Numbered from the stretch's first letter, positions 35,177 through 44,194 are shown. The stretch is 49,123 nucleotides of DNA from Acidimicrobiales bacterium (GCA_050742415.1 JBOGIF010000045.1:1-49123); one strand, 5' to 3'. Notes: generated from the letters alone by a model not told the origin. Numbers and translations are program-made.

Positions 35177-36537
35177 ACCCGTCGGGTCCGGGCCAGGTAT
35201 GTCCCGACCAGCCGGTCCCACTCGGCCGGCGAGATGGCGTCGCGCCGGTTGGGCCGGGCGGAGCGCCCGGCGCGAGCCGCGGCCACCGCGAGGGTGAGCA
35301 CGAGTCCCACCAGCGGCAGCGCCAGCAGGGTGATCTGAAGGGCGGCCAGGGTGGCCGGGCCGTAATCGTGGGCGCCGAGCGCCGAGCTGAAGGCGGCACG
35401 CTGGTCGGCCAGGCTGTCCACAGCGGTGGCGATCAGCTCGGGCCCGGCGGTGATGACCCACGCACACCAACCGATGCCAACCGCGACCGCGGCGATCACC
35501 CACGCCGTCACTGCCCTCCGCACACCCGGCCGCAGGGAGGCGACGGCCGGGCTCGGAGGCCGACGGGCCACGGTGGTGGCGAGGACCGGCCGAACGAGTG
35601 GGAACAGGTCCGGCACGCCGGTGAGGTCGCTGACCACGTAGTAGCCGTCGAGGCGGAGGAAGGGCCAGAACTGGCCGGCCATCTCCAGGTGCTGGACGGC
35701 GACCACCACGAGCAACGCCTCGAATCCGGTGACCGCGTAGGCGGCGACTGTGGCCAGGACGAAGATTGCGTTGAAGTAGATGCCGCCCAGGTCGGCCCGC
35801 AGGCGACCGGCACGGTCGAGGCGGTACGTGTCGGTCAGGTCGTTGTAGAAGACGAGCCAGTAGATGTAGATGCCGATGCCGATAGCGCCCGGCCGGGCGC
35901 CCCCGTAGCGGCTGGCGGCGGCGTGGCCGAGCTCGTGGAAGGTGGCCCCCGCCACCAGCACGACGGCGAGCAGCGGAAGGAGAAGGGGCGTGGCGATGGC
36001 GGCACGGAAGGCGGGCCCGGTGCCGTGGACCAGGAACACCCACACGTCGACGACCGCCAGCGCGGCCAGGACGGTGGCCACGACCGCCGGCGCGAACAGC
36101 GGGCGCAGGGCACCGCTCACGGCCCCGACCGCCCGGGCCGGCATCAAGGGCACGCGGAAGCGCAGGCCCAGGAGGGGGTCGGGAAGGGTTCGGGCGGGGG
36201 AGGCGGGCAATCCCTCTCCGACCAGCACGCCCAGGGGCCCCAGCTTGTGGTCGATCAGGTAGGCGACGTTGGCGGCGCTGACCGGCCGTCCCAGCTCCTT
36301 GGTCACCGAGAGGGCGAGGCCGGCGGCATCGCGCCTGCCGTCGGCCGCCGCAACCACCAGGTAGAGCAACCTGGAAAGCTCCACCACCTGGCCGTCGGGC
36401 CGGCGCAGCAGGTAGGAGCCCTCGGAGCGGCCGGACCCCTGGTACGGCCCGAGGAACTCGACACCAGGCACCAGGGCCGGGGCTTCAGATGCAGAGAGGG
36501 GTGGCGCGAAGCCACCCCTCTCTGGTGCTGCGGGCAA
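35173..36537 (-). CDS. M50/site-2-protease-like polytopic membrane zinc metalloprotease ('peptide zinc metalloprotease' type)
   Basis: HExxH in a TM helix (TFHELGHAAASRYG) plus FLRLDGYYVVSD (LDG motif), with multiple TM segments. The track start TTG 36537 lies upstream of, and reads through, the hairpin at 36492-36524. GTG 36471 (VPGVEFLGPYQGSG...) is an alternative start. Confidence 0.8.
   Translation of the reverse strand: MPAAPERGGFAPPLSASEAPALVPGVEFLGPYQGSGRSEGSYLLRRPDGQVVELSRLLYLVVAAADGRRDAAGLALSVTKELGRPVSAANVAYLIDHKLGPLGVLVGEGLPASPARTLPDPLLGLRFRVPLMPARAVGAVSGALRPLFAPAVVATVLAALAVVDVWVFLVHGTGPAFRAAIATPLLLPLLAVVLVAGATFHELGHAAASRYGGARPGAIGIGIYIYWLVFYNDLTDTYRLDRAGRLRADLGGIYFNAIFVLATVAAYAVTGFEALLVVVAVQHLEMAGQFWPFLRLDGYYVVSDLTGVPDLFPLVRPVLATTVARRPPSPAVASLRPGVRRAVTAWVIAAVAVGIGWCAWVITAGPELIATAVDSLADQRAAFSSALGAHDYGPATLAALQITLLALPLVGLVLTLAVAAARAGRSARPNRRDAISPAEWDRLVGTYLARTRRV
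36492..36524 (-). terminator. Perfect 14-bp GC-rich hairpin between the small peptide ORF and the protease body (attenuator/terminator candidate)
   Basis: CAGAGAGGGGTGGC (36492-36505) and GCCACCCCTCTCTG (36511-36524) are exact reverse complements with loop GCGAA. It sits 21 nt downstream of the peptide stop on the minus strand. Confidence 0.6.
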
Positions 36538-36545
36538 GGCCGTTG

Positions 36546-36677
36546 TTACAGCTTCACCTTCAACTTGACGAGCTTCAGGGCGTTGAGCTTGATCTTCGCC
36601 ATGAGCTGGCGGGCAGGAAGCAGTTCCACTACCTGTCCGTCGAGCTCGTCGACGGACAGTTCGGTAAGGGGTGCCAC
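36546..36677 (-). CDS. Unannotated 43-aa peptide: acidic N-terminal half, Lys/Leu-rich cationic C-terminal half (candidate precursor peptide)
   Basis: Not in the ORF track (too short). GTG 36677 is preceded by AAAGGAGGA with a 9-nt spacer and an in-frame stop 6 codons upstream. Translation: MAPLTELSVDELDGQVVELLPARQLMAKIKLNALKLVKLKVKL. Most third positions are G/C. Confidence 0.5.
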   Translation of the reverse strand: MAPLTELSVDELDGQVVELLPARQLMAKIKLNALKLVKLKVKL

Positions 36678-36813
36678 AGGTGAGTTCCTCCTTTGTCAGC
36701 GTGCGAATCGAAAGCCTCGCCGTAGTAACTCGCCGCTCTCCCAGCCGGACTCACCGACGAGACCGGACCCAGGATCGCACTCCTGTCGTAGGCGGGTCAA
36801 GGCAGAAACTCAC

Positions 36814-37551
36814 TCAGCGTGAATCTTGTCCCACTCTGACAGCCTGCGTCTGGACGCCGGGGGCGGCCGCCTCCCGGAGCCGGAGCCACCCGAAGACCGT
36901 GCCCGTGACGAGCCACAGGCAGCTGGTGCCGGCCAGGCTGGCCAGCCGGAACTGCCACACCAGGGTGGCGGGAACGTCGATCACGTCGGGGCTGGCGGGC
37001 AAGGCCAGGAACCCGGCACCGACCAATGCCAGGTAGGTGGCGGCGGTAGCCGGTACCCGTAGGTGTTCGGGCACGGCCTTCGCCGTCATCGACCGCCAGG
37101 CCCGCCAGGTCGCCCAGGAAGCCACGACCGACCACGCCAGCAGAACCACGTACAACAGGGTCCGGCGGCCGATCGTGGATGGGTTGCCGACGGCCGGCGG
37201 GTTGGCCGGGTACTTGAGGAACGGGACGACGAACACGGTGGCCAGGCCGGTGACGGCCAGTCCCATAGCCGCCCGCCAGTCGCCGCCGGACGCCAAACGG
37301 CGACTAACGGCGGCGAACACCACCGAGAACACAATCCCGACGGCCAGGCCGTAGAGAACGGCGGCGGCCGCCCCACCGGCCTGTTGCGCCCCCCGCCCGA
37401 ACATCTCGGCGGCGCCGCCCGTGGGTTGGCGTTCGGCCTCGATGGCTATGGCCCGGCCGATCGGGCCCTCGCCGGCGATGGCCAGGACGGCGGCCATGGC
37501 GAGGCCGCCGGCCGTACCGGCGAGGGCCCCGTGGGCCAGATGACGTCGCAT
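36814..37551 (-). CDS. cbtA: Cobalt transporter subunit CbtA
   Basis: Multi-TM protein directly after cbtB at the end of the cobalamin operon. Sequence style (…FLKYPANPPAVGNP…) fits CbtA. Confidence 0.8.
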   Translation of the reverse strand: MRRHLAHGALAGTAGGLAMAAVLAIAGEGPIGRAIAIEAERQPTGGAAEMFGRGAQQAGGAAAAVLYGLAVGIVFSVVFAAVSRRLASGGDWRAAMGLAVTGLATVFVVPFLKYPANPPAVGNPSTIGRRTLLYVVLLAWSVVASWATWRAWRSMTAKAVPEHLRVPATAATYLALVGAGFLALPASPDVIDVPATLVWQFRLASLAGTSCLWLVTGTVFGWLRLREAAAPGVQTQAVRVGQDSR

Positions 37552-37575
37552 TGGGACCTCCTGGAAGACTCGGGG

Positions 37576-37803
37576 CTAGTGGCAGGGGACGCCGAGGAAG
37601 TGGCGGCCGTCGTGGAAAAGCTCGTGCAGGGTCGTGGCGCCGGCCTTCAGGACCACGCCGTTCTCCATGGTGACGGCGTAGACCAGCGCCAGGGCCAGGA
37701 CCACCACGGCCCACGCCCACGTCGGGATGCTGATCCCGTCTGCCGGCCGCTCGACGCTGCCGTCGGGGTTGATCGTCTCGCGCTCGAGGTTGTCGAAGTT
37801 CAT
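37576..37803 (-). CDS. cbtB: Cobalt transporter subunit CbtB
   Basis: 75 aa, one TM and the conserved C-terminus LHELFHDGRHFLGVPCH. Confidence 0.85.
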   Translation of the reverse strand: MNFDNLERETINPDGSVERPADGISIPTWAWAVVVLALALVYAVTMENGVVLKAGATTLHELFHDGRHFLGVPCH

Positions 37804-38663
37804 CTCACCTCCTCGGTTTCGCTAGGGGGGATGCTCGAAGAGTGGGAATGGTGGTGCCCGTGGCCGGGCAGCGACACCCGGTAGACGCAGAGGTCGCAGT
37901 TCATGCGCACGTCGCCCTCTAGCGCTTCGCGGTAGCGCTCCAGGACCAGGGCCGCCACCCGGGCATCGGGGCCGAGGTGGGCACCGTTGCACACATGCAC
38001 GTCGGGGTTGTCGCCCGCCCACGCCGCCGCCTGGTCCCGGATCCGCTCGACCAGGATCCCGGTGAAGAGGAAGTACGGCACCACCGCTATGCGTTCGGCG
38101 CCGAGGCGCCGGCAGCGGTCCAGGGCGGCGGGGACGCTCGGGGCCGCCAGGGAGACGAAGGCTGGCTCGACGATGTCCAGACCCCGGGAGTCACCCAGCA
38201 GGCGGGCCACCTTGTAGAGGTCGGCGTTGGCGTCTGGATCCGACGAACCCCGGCCGACCACCACGACCGCAGTGGCGGATGGGTCGGCGTCGCCGATGGC
38301 GGCCCGGATGCGTTCCTCAGCCACCGCCAGGACCAGCGGGTGGATACCGAGGTCTCGGGCATAGCGGAAGTCGACCCCGGGATGGCGGTGGCGGCCGCGG
38401 TGGAGAGCGGCGGGCCCGTCGTTCTTCATGTGGCCGGCGCCGAGCAGCACCAGCGGCGTGGCCACGACCGAGGTGGCACCGCCCGCCACGAGCGAGTCGA
38501 CGGCGGTGTCCAGATCAGGCCCCGCCAGCTCGATGAAGCCGCAGCCCACGGCCAGCTCGGGGGCCTTCGCCGCTACGGCCGAGGCCAGCCCCCAGTACTC
38601 GGCGACGCCGGCGGCCGAGCGGCTGCCGTGGCCGACGAGGAGCATCGACGGCTTCTCAGCCAT
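37800..38663 (-). CDS. cbiX: Sirohydrochlorin cobaltochelatase CbiX (long form with a His-rich tail)
   Basis: MLLVGHGSR..., a second half VVVVGRGSSDPDAN, a C-terminal CDLCxY segment and the PGHGHHHSHS tail. ATG at 38663. Confidence 0.85.
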   Translation of the reverse strand: MAEKPSMLLVGHGSRSAAGVAEYWGLASAVAAKAPELAVGCGFIELAGPDLDTAVDSLVAGGATSVVATPLVLLGAGHMKNDGPAALHRGRHRHPGVDFRYARDLGIHPLVLAVAEERIRAAIGDADPSATAVVVVGRGSSDPDANADLYKVARLLGDSRGLDIVEPAFVSLAAPSVPAALDRCRRLGAERIAVVPYFLFTGILVERIRDQAAAWAGDNPDVHVCNGAHLGPDARVAALVLERYREALEGDVRMNCDLCVYRVSLPGHGHHHSHSSSIPPSETEEVR

Positions 38664-38665
38664 GG

Positions 38666-39244
38666 TCAGCCATCCTGGGCCAGACGAACGAGAGCGTTGA
38701 CTACGGCGGCCGCCACCGCGCTGCCGCCCTTCTCGCCCACATTGGAGATGGCGGTGAGGTCGGTGGCCCGCAACGACTCCTTGGCCTCGGCCGCGCCCAC
38801 GAAGCCCACGGGCATCCCGACCACGAGGGCCGGCCGGAACCCGTCGCGGCGATGCAGCCTGACCACCTCTTCGAGGGCGGTGGGCGCACACCCCACCACG
38901 ACCACGGCGCCGTGGGGATGGTGAGCGGCGGCGAGGCGTATGCCGGCGGCGGAGCGCGTGGACGTACCGGTGACCGCTTCTGGCAAGTAGCATAGAGCCG
39001 CGGCGCCGGTGATCCCGTGGCGCACCACCTCCACGTCGGTGACCACGGGGCCGCCGGCGCCCAATGCCGCGACGCCGGCGGCGACGGCGTCCTCGTCGAG
39101 CACCATGCTCGAGGCGTAGTCGAGGTCGGCGCTGGCGTGGATGACCCGCGCCACCACCGCGGCGACGCCCGGACCGAGACGCGAGAGGTCGACCCGGCCG
39201 GCCAGGATGCGGTAGCTCTCCGCCTCGATCGGATGGATGGTCAC
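38666..39244 (-). CDS. cbiC: Precorrin-8X / cobalt-precorrin-8 methylmutase
   Basis: ...IHPIEAESYRIL..., ...VIHASADLDY..., ...VVGCAPTAL..., ...GMPVGFVGAAEAKE..., ...GEKGGSAVAAAVVNAL. Confidence 0.88.
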   Translation of the reverse strand: MTIHPIEAESYRILAGRVDLSRLGPGVAAVVARVIHASADLDYASSMVLDEDAVAAGVAALGAGGPVVTDVEVVRHGITGAAALCYLPEAVTGTSTRSAAGIRLAAAHHPHGAVVVVGCAPTALEEVVRLHRRDGFRPALVVGMPVGFVGAAEAKESLRATDLTAISNVGEKGGSAVAAAVVNALVRLAQDG

Positions 39245-39429
39245 AGCTCGCTCACCGCGTCGCGCGGGCAGACCTCGATGCACGCCAGGCAGCCGGTGCA
39301 GCGCTCCGCTACCACGACCGGTCGATGGCGGGCGCGCAGCAGGGCGTGGGTGGGGCAGGTGGCGACGCACATGCCGCACGCTGTGCACCGGTAGTCGATC
39401 ACGACCGCGCCTCTCGTCGGCGTGGTCAC
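39241..39429 (-). CDS. Small 2x[4Fe-4S] ferredoxin
   Basis: CTACGMCVATCP and CTGCLACIEVCP motifs in 62 aa. GTGA overlaps at both ends (with cbiGH and cbiC). Confidence 0.75.
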   Translation of the reverse strand: MTTPTRGAVVIDYRCTACGMCVATCPTHALLRARHRPVVVAERCTGCLACIEVCPRDAVSEL

Positions 39430-41081
39430 GGGGCCAGCCCTCGAGGCGTGACCATGCGGCCGGCCACGACGCGGGTGGTCGACGAGCCCACGATCACGCA
39501 GCTCGCCATGCCCACCAGCGAGGTGTCGAGCGCGGCCAGCGTGGTCACGGCCACGCTTTGGCCGGGCCGGGCGGCGTCGGTGACGACGCCCACCGGCGTC
39601 GAGGGATGCCGGTGCTCCAGGAGGAGCTCCCGGGCGGAGTCGAGCTGCCAGGTCCGGCCGGCCGACCGGGGGTTGTACAGGACGACGACGAGGTCGGCTG
39701 CGGCGGCGGCCCGCAGCCGGGCCTTGATGGCGGACCACGGCGTGCGCAGGTCGGACAGGCTCACGACGGCGTGGTCGTGGCCGAGAGGCGCTCCCAGGAC
39801 GGCGGCGGCGGCGAGGCCCGCGGGCACGCCGGGGACCACGTCGACCTCGACAGCCGTCCCGTCAGCGGCCTCCAGGGCGAGCGAAGCCATGCCGTACACG
39901 CCGGCGTCGCCCGAGCAGACAAGCGCGCAGCGACGGCCGGCGGCGGCTTCGGCCACCGCCTGCTTGGCCCGCACCGCCTCGTCGCCGATGGGGCTGCGGA
40001 CCACCTCCTGGGCCGGGCTCAGCAGGTCGGCGCACTGGTCGACGTAGGGGCCGTAGCCAATGACGACGTCGGCGTGGCGCACGGCGGTCTCGGCTGCAGG
40101 GGTCCGGTGACGCCGGTCGCCCGGGCCCAGGCCGACCACCGACAGATGGCCCCGAGGACGGCGGCGGCGGGCGATGGCGACGGTGGCCGACGCCGAGGCC
40201 CGCTTGGCCACCACCAGCTCGGCACCGGGCCCGGCCGCCGACAGGGCAGCGGCCTCGGCCACGCTGGGGGTGCCGACAGCGGCGCGCACCACCTCGCTCG
40301 GCGTGGGGACATCGACGGTGGCCAACACGGGAGCGGGGAACGTCCGCAGCGGAAGGCCCAGCGCCACGATGGCGGGTTCGGCGGCCTTGCGGTCCAGCGT
40401 CGCCACCTCGGCCACCGATGCCCGGGCCAGGCCGGCTCCTTGCAGGGCCGCGGTCAGGAGGTCAGCCAGCTCGGCGGCCGGTGCGCCGGTCGACGCCCCG
40501 ATCCCGGCGACCAGCGACGGCGGATGGAGCACGGCCGTGCCGGGCGCGGGGGAGAGAGCGAAGTCGGTCACCACGATGCGCTCGGGGCCGGTGCCCGAGT
40601 CGACGACGGAGGCGGGCAGGGGCCAGTCGAGCGGGTTCTCGACGACTGCCCGCCGGCCGTCGAGCATGGCCGCGGTGACTCCTGCCACGTCGCCGGCGGC
40701 GATGAGCCCGGGGAGGCCGTCGATGGCGGCGACGCCGGTCGCGTCGGTGGCGGTGCTCACGACCGGTGTGGCTCCGAGCCAGCCGGCCACCTGCCGGGCC
40801 AGGTCGTTGGCGCCACCGGCATGGCCCCCGCAGAGAGCCACCGCGAACCGCCCGGCCTCGTCCACGCAGACCACTGCCGGGTCGGTGGCCTTGTCGGCCA
40901 GGAGGGGGGCGACGATGCGCACGGCGGCTCCGGTGGCGAGGAACAGGACGAACGCATCCGCGGTCCCAGCCCGCCAGACGTCTGGCACGATCTCGCCGGC
41001 GCGGCCGTGGCGGTGCTCGAACGGCAGCCGGCCGGCCAGGTCTCCTCCCCGCTCGGTGACCGAGACCGACAGGACGTTCAC
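39426..41081 (-). CDS. cbiGH: Fusion of CbiG (cobalt-precorrin-5A hydrolase) and CbiH/CobJ (precorrin-3B C17-methyltransferase)
   Basis: N-terminal CbiG-like (…LFLATGAAVRIVAPLL…VVCVDEAGRFAVALCGGHAGGANDLA…), C-terminal tetrapyrrole methylase (…LSVVGLGPGD…VCSGDAGVYGMAS…). GTG 41081 overlaps the upstream stop. Confidence 0.85.
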   Translation of the reverse strand: MNVLSVSVTERGGDLAGRLPFEHRHGRAGEIVPDVWRAGTADAFVLFLATGAAVRIVAPLLADKATDPAVVCVDEAGRFAVALCGGHAGGANDLARQVAGWLGATPVVSTATDATGVAAIDGLPGLIAAGDVAGVTAAMLDGRRAVVENPLDWPLPASVVDSGTGPERIVVTDFALSPAPGTAVLHPPSLVAGIGASTGAPAAELADLLTAALQGAGLARASVAEVATLDRKAAEPAIVALGLPLRTFPAPVLATVDVPTPSEVVRAAVGTPSVAEAAALSAAGPGAELVVAKRASASATVAIARRRRPRGHLSVVGLGPGDRRHRTPAAETAVRHADVVIGYGPYVDQCADLLSPAQEVVRSPIGDEAVRAKQAVAEAAAGRRCALVCSGDAGVYGMASLALEAADGTAVEVDVVPGVPAGLAAAAVLGAPLGHDHAVVSLSDLRTPWSAIKARLRAAAAADLVVVLYNPRSAGRTWQLDSARELLLEHRHPSTPVGVVTDAARPGQSVAVTTLAALDTSLVGMASCVIVGSSTTRVVAGRMVTPRGLAP

Positions 41082-42298
41082 GGCGTCTGCTCCGAGCCCG
41101 GTCCCCAGGCGACGAGCACGGGGTTCTCGGCCGCCAAGCGGACCCCTCCACCCGGGAGGGCGCATCCTCGGCTGACGCTCACCTGGGCCAGGTTCCCGAG
41201 GCGCCGGTAAGCAGCCGCCGCCCGGTCGAGCGCGGCGTAGGTGGCCACCACCCGGCCACCCGGCCGTAGCCGGGCCAGCACGGCATCGAGCACGTCCAGC
41301 CCGCCTCCACCCACGAAGACCCGGTCGGGGTCGGGCAGCCAGGAGAGGGCGTCTGGGGCGTCACCCGCCACCACCTCGACCGTCACACCGTGGGCGGTAG
41401 CGTTGGCGGCCACCGTTGCCACCGCTTCGGGGTCGCGGTCGACGGCCATCACCCGCAGCGCCGGGGCCAGGAGCGCGCACTCGACGGCCACGCTGCCGCT
41501 TCCGGCGCCGACGTCCCACACGACGCCAACGCGGGGCAGAGCCAGCTTGCCAAGGACCACGGCGCGCACCTCGGCCTTGGTGATCATGCCCTGGCGGTGG
41601 GCGAAGCCGGCTTCGGGCAGCCCCCATGCCAAGGTCTTCTCGCCCGCGCACCCGGCGCTTTCGTGGGAGTTGCCGCCGAGCAGCACGACCACCGACAAGG
41701 GATCCCACGTGCCGGCGCCCAGGCCGGCGAGGTCGGTCGTGGTGACCGTCTCGCCCTCCAGCCCGAGGCGGCTGGCTACCGCTACGGATCGGTAGCCAAC
41801 GCCGAGTTCGGACAGGGCGCGGCCCACCGCTTCCGGCGGGTTCTCGGGCGACGTCAGCACTGCCGCCTTGGGTGCGGCCGCCACCTGCCGGACGGCGTCC
41901 GCGAGGGGTCGGCCGTGGGCCGAGGCGACGAGGGCGTCGTCCCACGAGAGACCTACGCGGGCGAACGCGAGGGCCACCGACGAGGTGGTCGGGTGGACGG
42001 TGAGCGAGGCGGCCCCGAACCGCTCCGCCAGGGCCCTGGTGATCCCGAAGAAGCCGGGGTCACCGGAAGCCAGCACGCACACTGGCCCGGGCTCCGATGC
42101 GACCGCGTCGAGGGCAGGGCCGATGTCGCCCTCGATGGTGACCTGGCGGCTGGCCAGGTGGCTCCAGGCTTCGAGGTGCCGCCGGCCACCCACCACCAGG
42201 TCGGCGGCCTCGACGGCCCGAACCGCCTCCTTGGTCAGCCCGTCGCTCCCCACCACCATGCCGACGACGGTGATCCGGCGCTGCGGTTCCTCACGCAC
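41078..42298 (-). CDS. cobL: Precorrin-6Y C5,15-methyltransferase (decarboxylating), CbiE/CbiT fusion
   Basis: N-terminal tetrapyrrole methylase (…VLASGDPGFFGI…) and a C-terminal class I methyltransferase (…VWDVGAGSGSVAVE…). Confidence 0.85.
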   Translation of the reverse strand: MREEPQRRITVVGMVVGSDGLTKEAVRAVEAADLVVGGRRHLEAWSHLASRQVTIEGDIGPALDAVASEPGPVCVLASGDPGFFGITRALAERFGAASLTVHPTTSSVALAFARVGLSWDDALVASAHGRPLADAVRQVAAAPKAAVLTSPENPPEAVGRALSELGVGYRSVAVASRLGLEGETVTTTDLAGLGAGTWDPLSVVVLLGGNSHESAGCAGEKTLAWGLPEAGFAHRQGMITKAEVRAVVLGKLALPRVGVVWDVGAGSGSVAVECALLAPALRVMAVDRDPEAVATVAANATAHGVTVEVVAGDAPDALSWLPDPDRVFVGGGGLDVLDAVLARLRPGGRVVATYAALDRAAAAYRRLGNLAQVSVSRGCALPGGGVRLAAENPVLVAWGPGSEQTP

Positions 42299-43385
42299 GG
42301 GCGACCACCGACTCGCCCTCGAAGTCGACCATGACGACCTCGGTCGGCAAGGCGCCGCCGGTGTGGGCCTCACAGGCCGCCCGGGCCAGCCGGCACAGCT
42401 CGGCCAATGGCTCGGTCACCCCGGCCGCGGTGCAGGCCTCGAAGAAGTGGCGGGCGGTCGCCGTCTCCGTGGCGGCGTCGACGATCGCCAGAGGAGCCCC
42501 GGTGGCCCGAGCGGCGGCGGCCATCAGCTCGCCGTCGACCTTCGACCGGTGGAAGTGGGTCATCATCACGCCGGCCGCCAGCTTGGTGATCTTGCCGGCC
42601 ATGCCGACGAAGACGGCTCGGTGCAGGCCGGCTGCCGCCGCCCGGCGCAGGGCGATGCCGGTGAAGTCGCCGACCTCCACGAAGCACACGTCGGCCAGCT
42701 CGGGACGAAGGCGTGTTGCCGCCCGCTCGGACCGGCTGCCGGTGGCGAGAACCACTTCGGCGTGGCCTTGGGCCGCGGCCACGTCGACCTGCTGGACGAC
42801 CGAGGCGCGGTAGGCGGCAGTGGAGAAGGGACGGACGATCCCGCTGGTGCCGAGGATGGATATGCCCCCGACGATCCCGAGGCGGGCGTTGGAGGTATGC
42901 ACGGCCATCTCCTCGCCGTCGGGCACCGAGAACGTGACGTCGAGAGGCTCGGCCGTCACCTCGGCGACGGCGGCCAGCACCACGCGCCGGGGGACCGGAT
43001 TGATGGCCGGCGCGCCCGGCGCCAGCCCGAGCCCGGGCAGGGTCACCGTGCCCACCCCGGGACCGGCCCGGAGCACGGTGGCGGAGGTCGACGCGAATCG
43101 CACCTCGGCCGTGACCCTGGCGCCGTCGGTGCAGTCGGGGTCGTCGCCGGCATCCTTGACCACGACGGCCCAGGCGCTTGAAGCGCACCGGTCGACGGGC
43201 TCGGCTGGCTCCACTGCGAATCTGATTCGCCTTCCCCCGGGCAGGCCCACCTCCACGGTCGTCGCGAGGGTTCCGGTGACCAGGGCGGTGGTCGCGGCCT
43301 TGGCCGCGGCGCTGGCGCACGTGCCCGTCGTCCAGCCGGTCCGCAGACCAGCGCCGGGCGGAGACGCCGCCCCCGCGGCGCTCAC
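42291..43385 (-). CDS. cbiD: Cobalt-precorrin-5B (C1)-methyltransferase CbiD
   Basis: …LRTGWTTGTCASAAAKAA…, …GIVGGISILGTSGIVRPFS…, …GMAGKITKLAAG… are CbiD signatures. Confidence 0.88.
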   Translation of the reverse strand: MSAAGAASPPGAGLRTGWTTGTCASAAAKAATTALVTGTLATTVEVGLPGGRRIRFAVEPAEPVDRCASSAWAVVVKDAGDDPDCTDGARVTAEVRFASTSATVLRAGPGVGTVTLPGLGLAPGAPAINPVPRRVVLAAVAEVTAEPLDVTFSVPDGEEMAVHTSNARLGIVGGISILGTSGIVRPFSTAAYRASVVQQVDVAAAQGHAEVVLATGSRSERAATRLRPELADVCFVEVGDFTGIALRRAAAAGLHRAVFVGMAGKITKLAAGVMMTHFHRSKVDGELMAAAARATGAPLAIVDAATETATARHFFEACTAAGVTEPLAELCRLARAACEAHTGGALPTEVVMVDFEGESVVARA

Positions 43386-44194
43386 CGGGGCCTCCCGGCA
43401 GTTGTCCCGGGCCGGGAACGGCGGCGGAAGCCGTGGGCGAAGCCGGGGGAGTACAGGCGGCTGCGGGCGGCGGAGGACGGATCCGTGCCTGCCGCGCCGG
43501 CCAGTGCCGGGCCGACCAGGACGAGCGTGGTGGTGCGGGCGCCGGTGGCGTCGAGGTCGGCGGCTAGGCAGCCCACGGTGGTGAGCACCACCTGCTCGTC
43601 GGGCTGGGAGGCCCGCACGACGATGGCGGCGGGCGTCTCGGCGGAGTAGGCGCTGCCCGGGGCCAGTAGCTCGGCCACCAGCTCGGCCGGGCGGGCCGCC
43701 GAGAGGAACACGGCCATGGTGGCCCCGGCGGCGGCGAATCCCGCCACCGACTGCCCGGCCGGCATCGACTCTGCCGTACGGCCGCCCAGCCGGGTGAGGA
43801 CGACGGCCTGGGCCACGCCCGGGACGGTCAGCTCCCGTCGCACCGCGGCTGCAGCGGCGCCGAGCGAGCTGACCCCCGGCACGATCTCGAACGGGTGGCT
43901 GTTGGCCAGGCACCAGTCGATCTGCTCCTGCACCGCCCCGTAGACCGAGGGGTCCCCCGAGTGCAGCCGCACGACCGCCGCTTCCGGGGGGGACGCGGCG
44001 TACACGGCAAGCACGTCCTCCAGGGTCATGGAGGCGGAGTCGTGCACCGCCGCCCCGGCGCGCACGTGGCGGAGGACCGCTTCGGGCACGAGCGACGAGG
44101 CCCACACCACCACGTCGGCCGCCGCCAGGCGGTCGCGGGCCCGCAGCGTGAGCAGGTCGGGAGCACCGGGGCCGGCACCGACGAAGGAGATCAC
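43382..44194 (-). CDS. cbiF: Precorrin-4 / cobalt-precorrin-4 C11-methyltransferase
   Basis: MISFVGAGPGAPDLLTLRA…RLHSGDPSVYGA…EIVPGVSS…. Confidence 0.9.
   Translation of the reverse strand: MISFVGAGPGAPDLLTLRARDRLAAADVVVWASSLVPEAVLRHVRAGAAVHDSASMTLEDVLAVYAASPPEAAVVRLHSGDPSVYGAVQEQIDWCLANSHPFEIVPGVSSLGAAAAAVRRELTVPGVAQAVVLTRLGGRTAESMPAGQSVAGFAAAGATMAVFLSAARPAELVAELLAPGSAYSAETPAAIVVRASQPDEQVVLTTVGCLAADLDATGARTTTLVLVGPALAGAAGTDPSSAARSRLYSPGFAHGFRRRSRPGTTAGRPR

Noticed and set aside
36600-36602. Internal ATG giving an 18-aa peptide MAKIKLNALKLVKLKVKL as the real product
   Set aside because: There is no Shine-Dalgarno in front of it, whereas the upstream GTG has a near-perfect one. The 18-mer is more plausibly the processed C-terminal part than an independent translation product. 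It cannot be excluded without data.
39237-41210. 657-aa plus-strand ORF across the cob operon (similar long ORFs at 41390-43181 and 44928-46448)
   Set aside because: These are antisense to CbiGH, CobL, CbiD and CbiA, all of which have strong family motifs and coupled starts. They are shadow ORFs.
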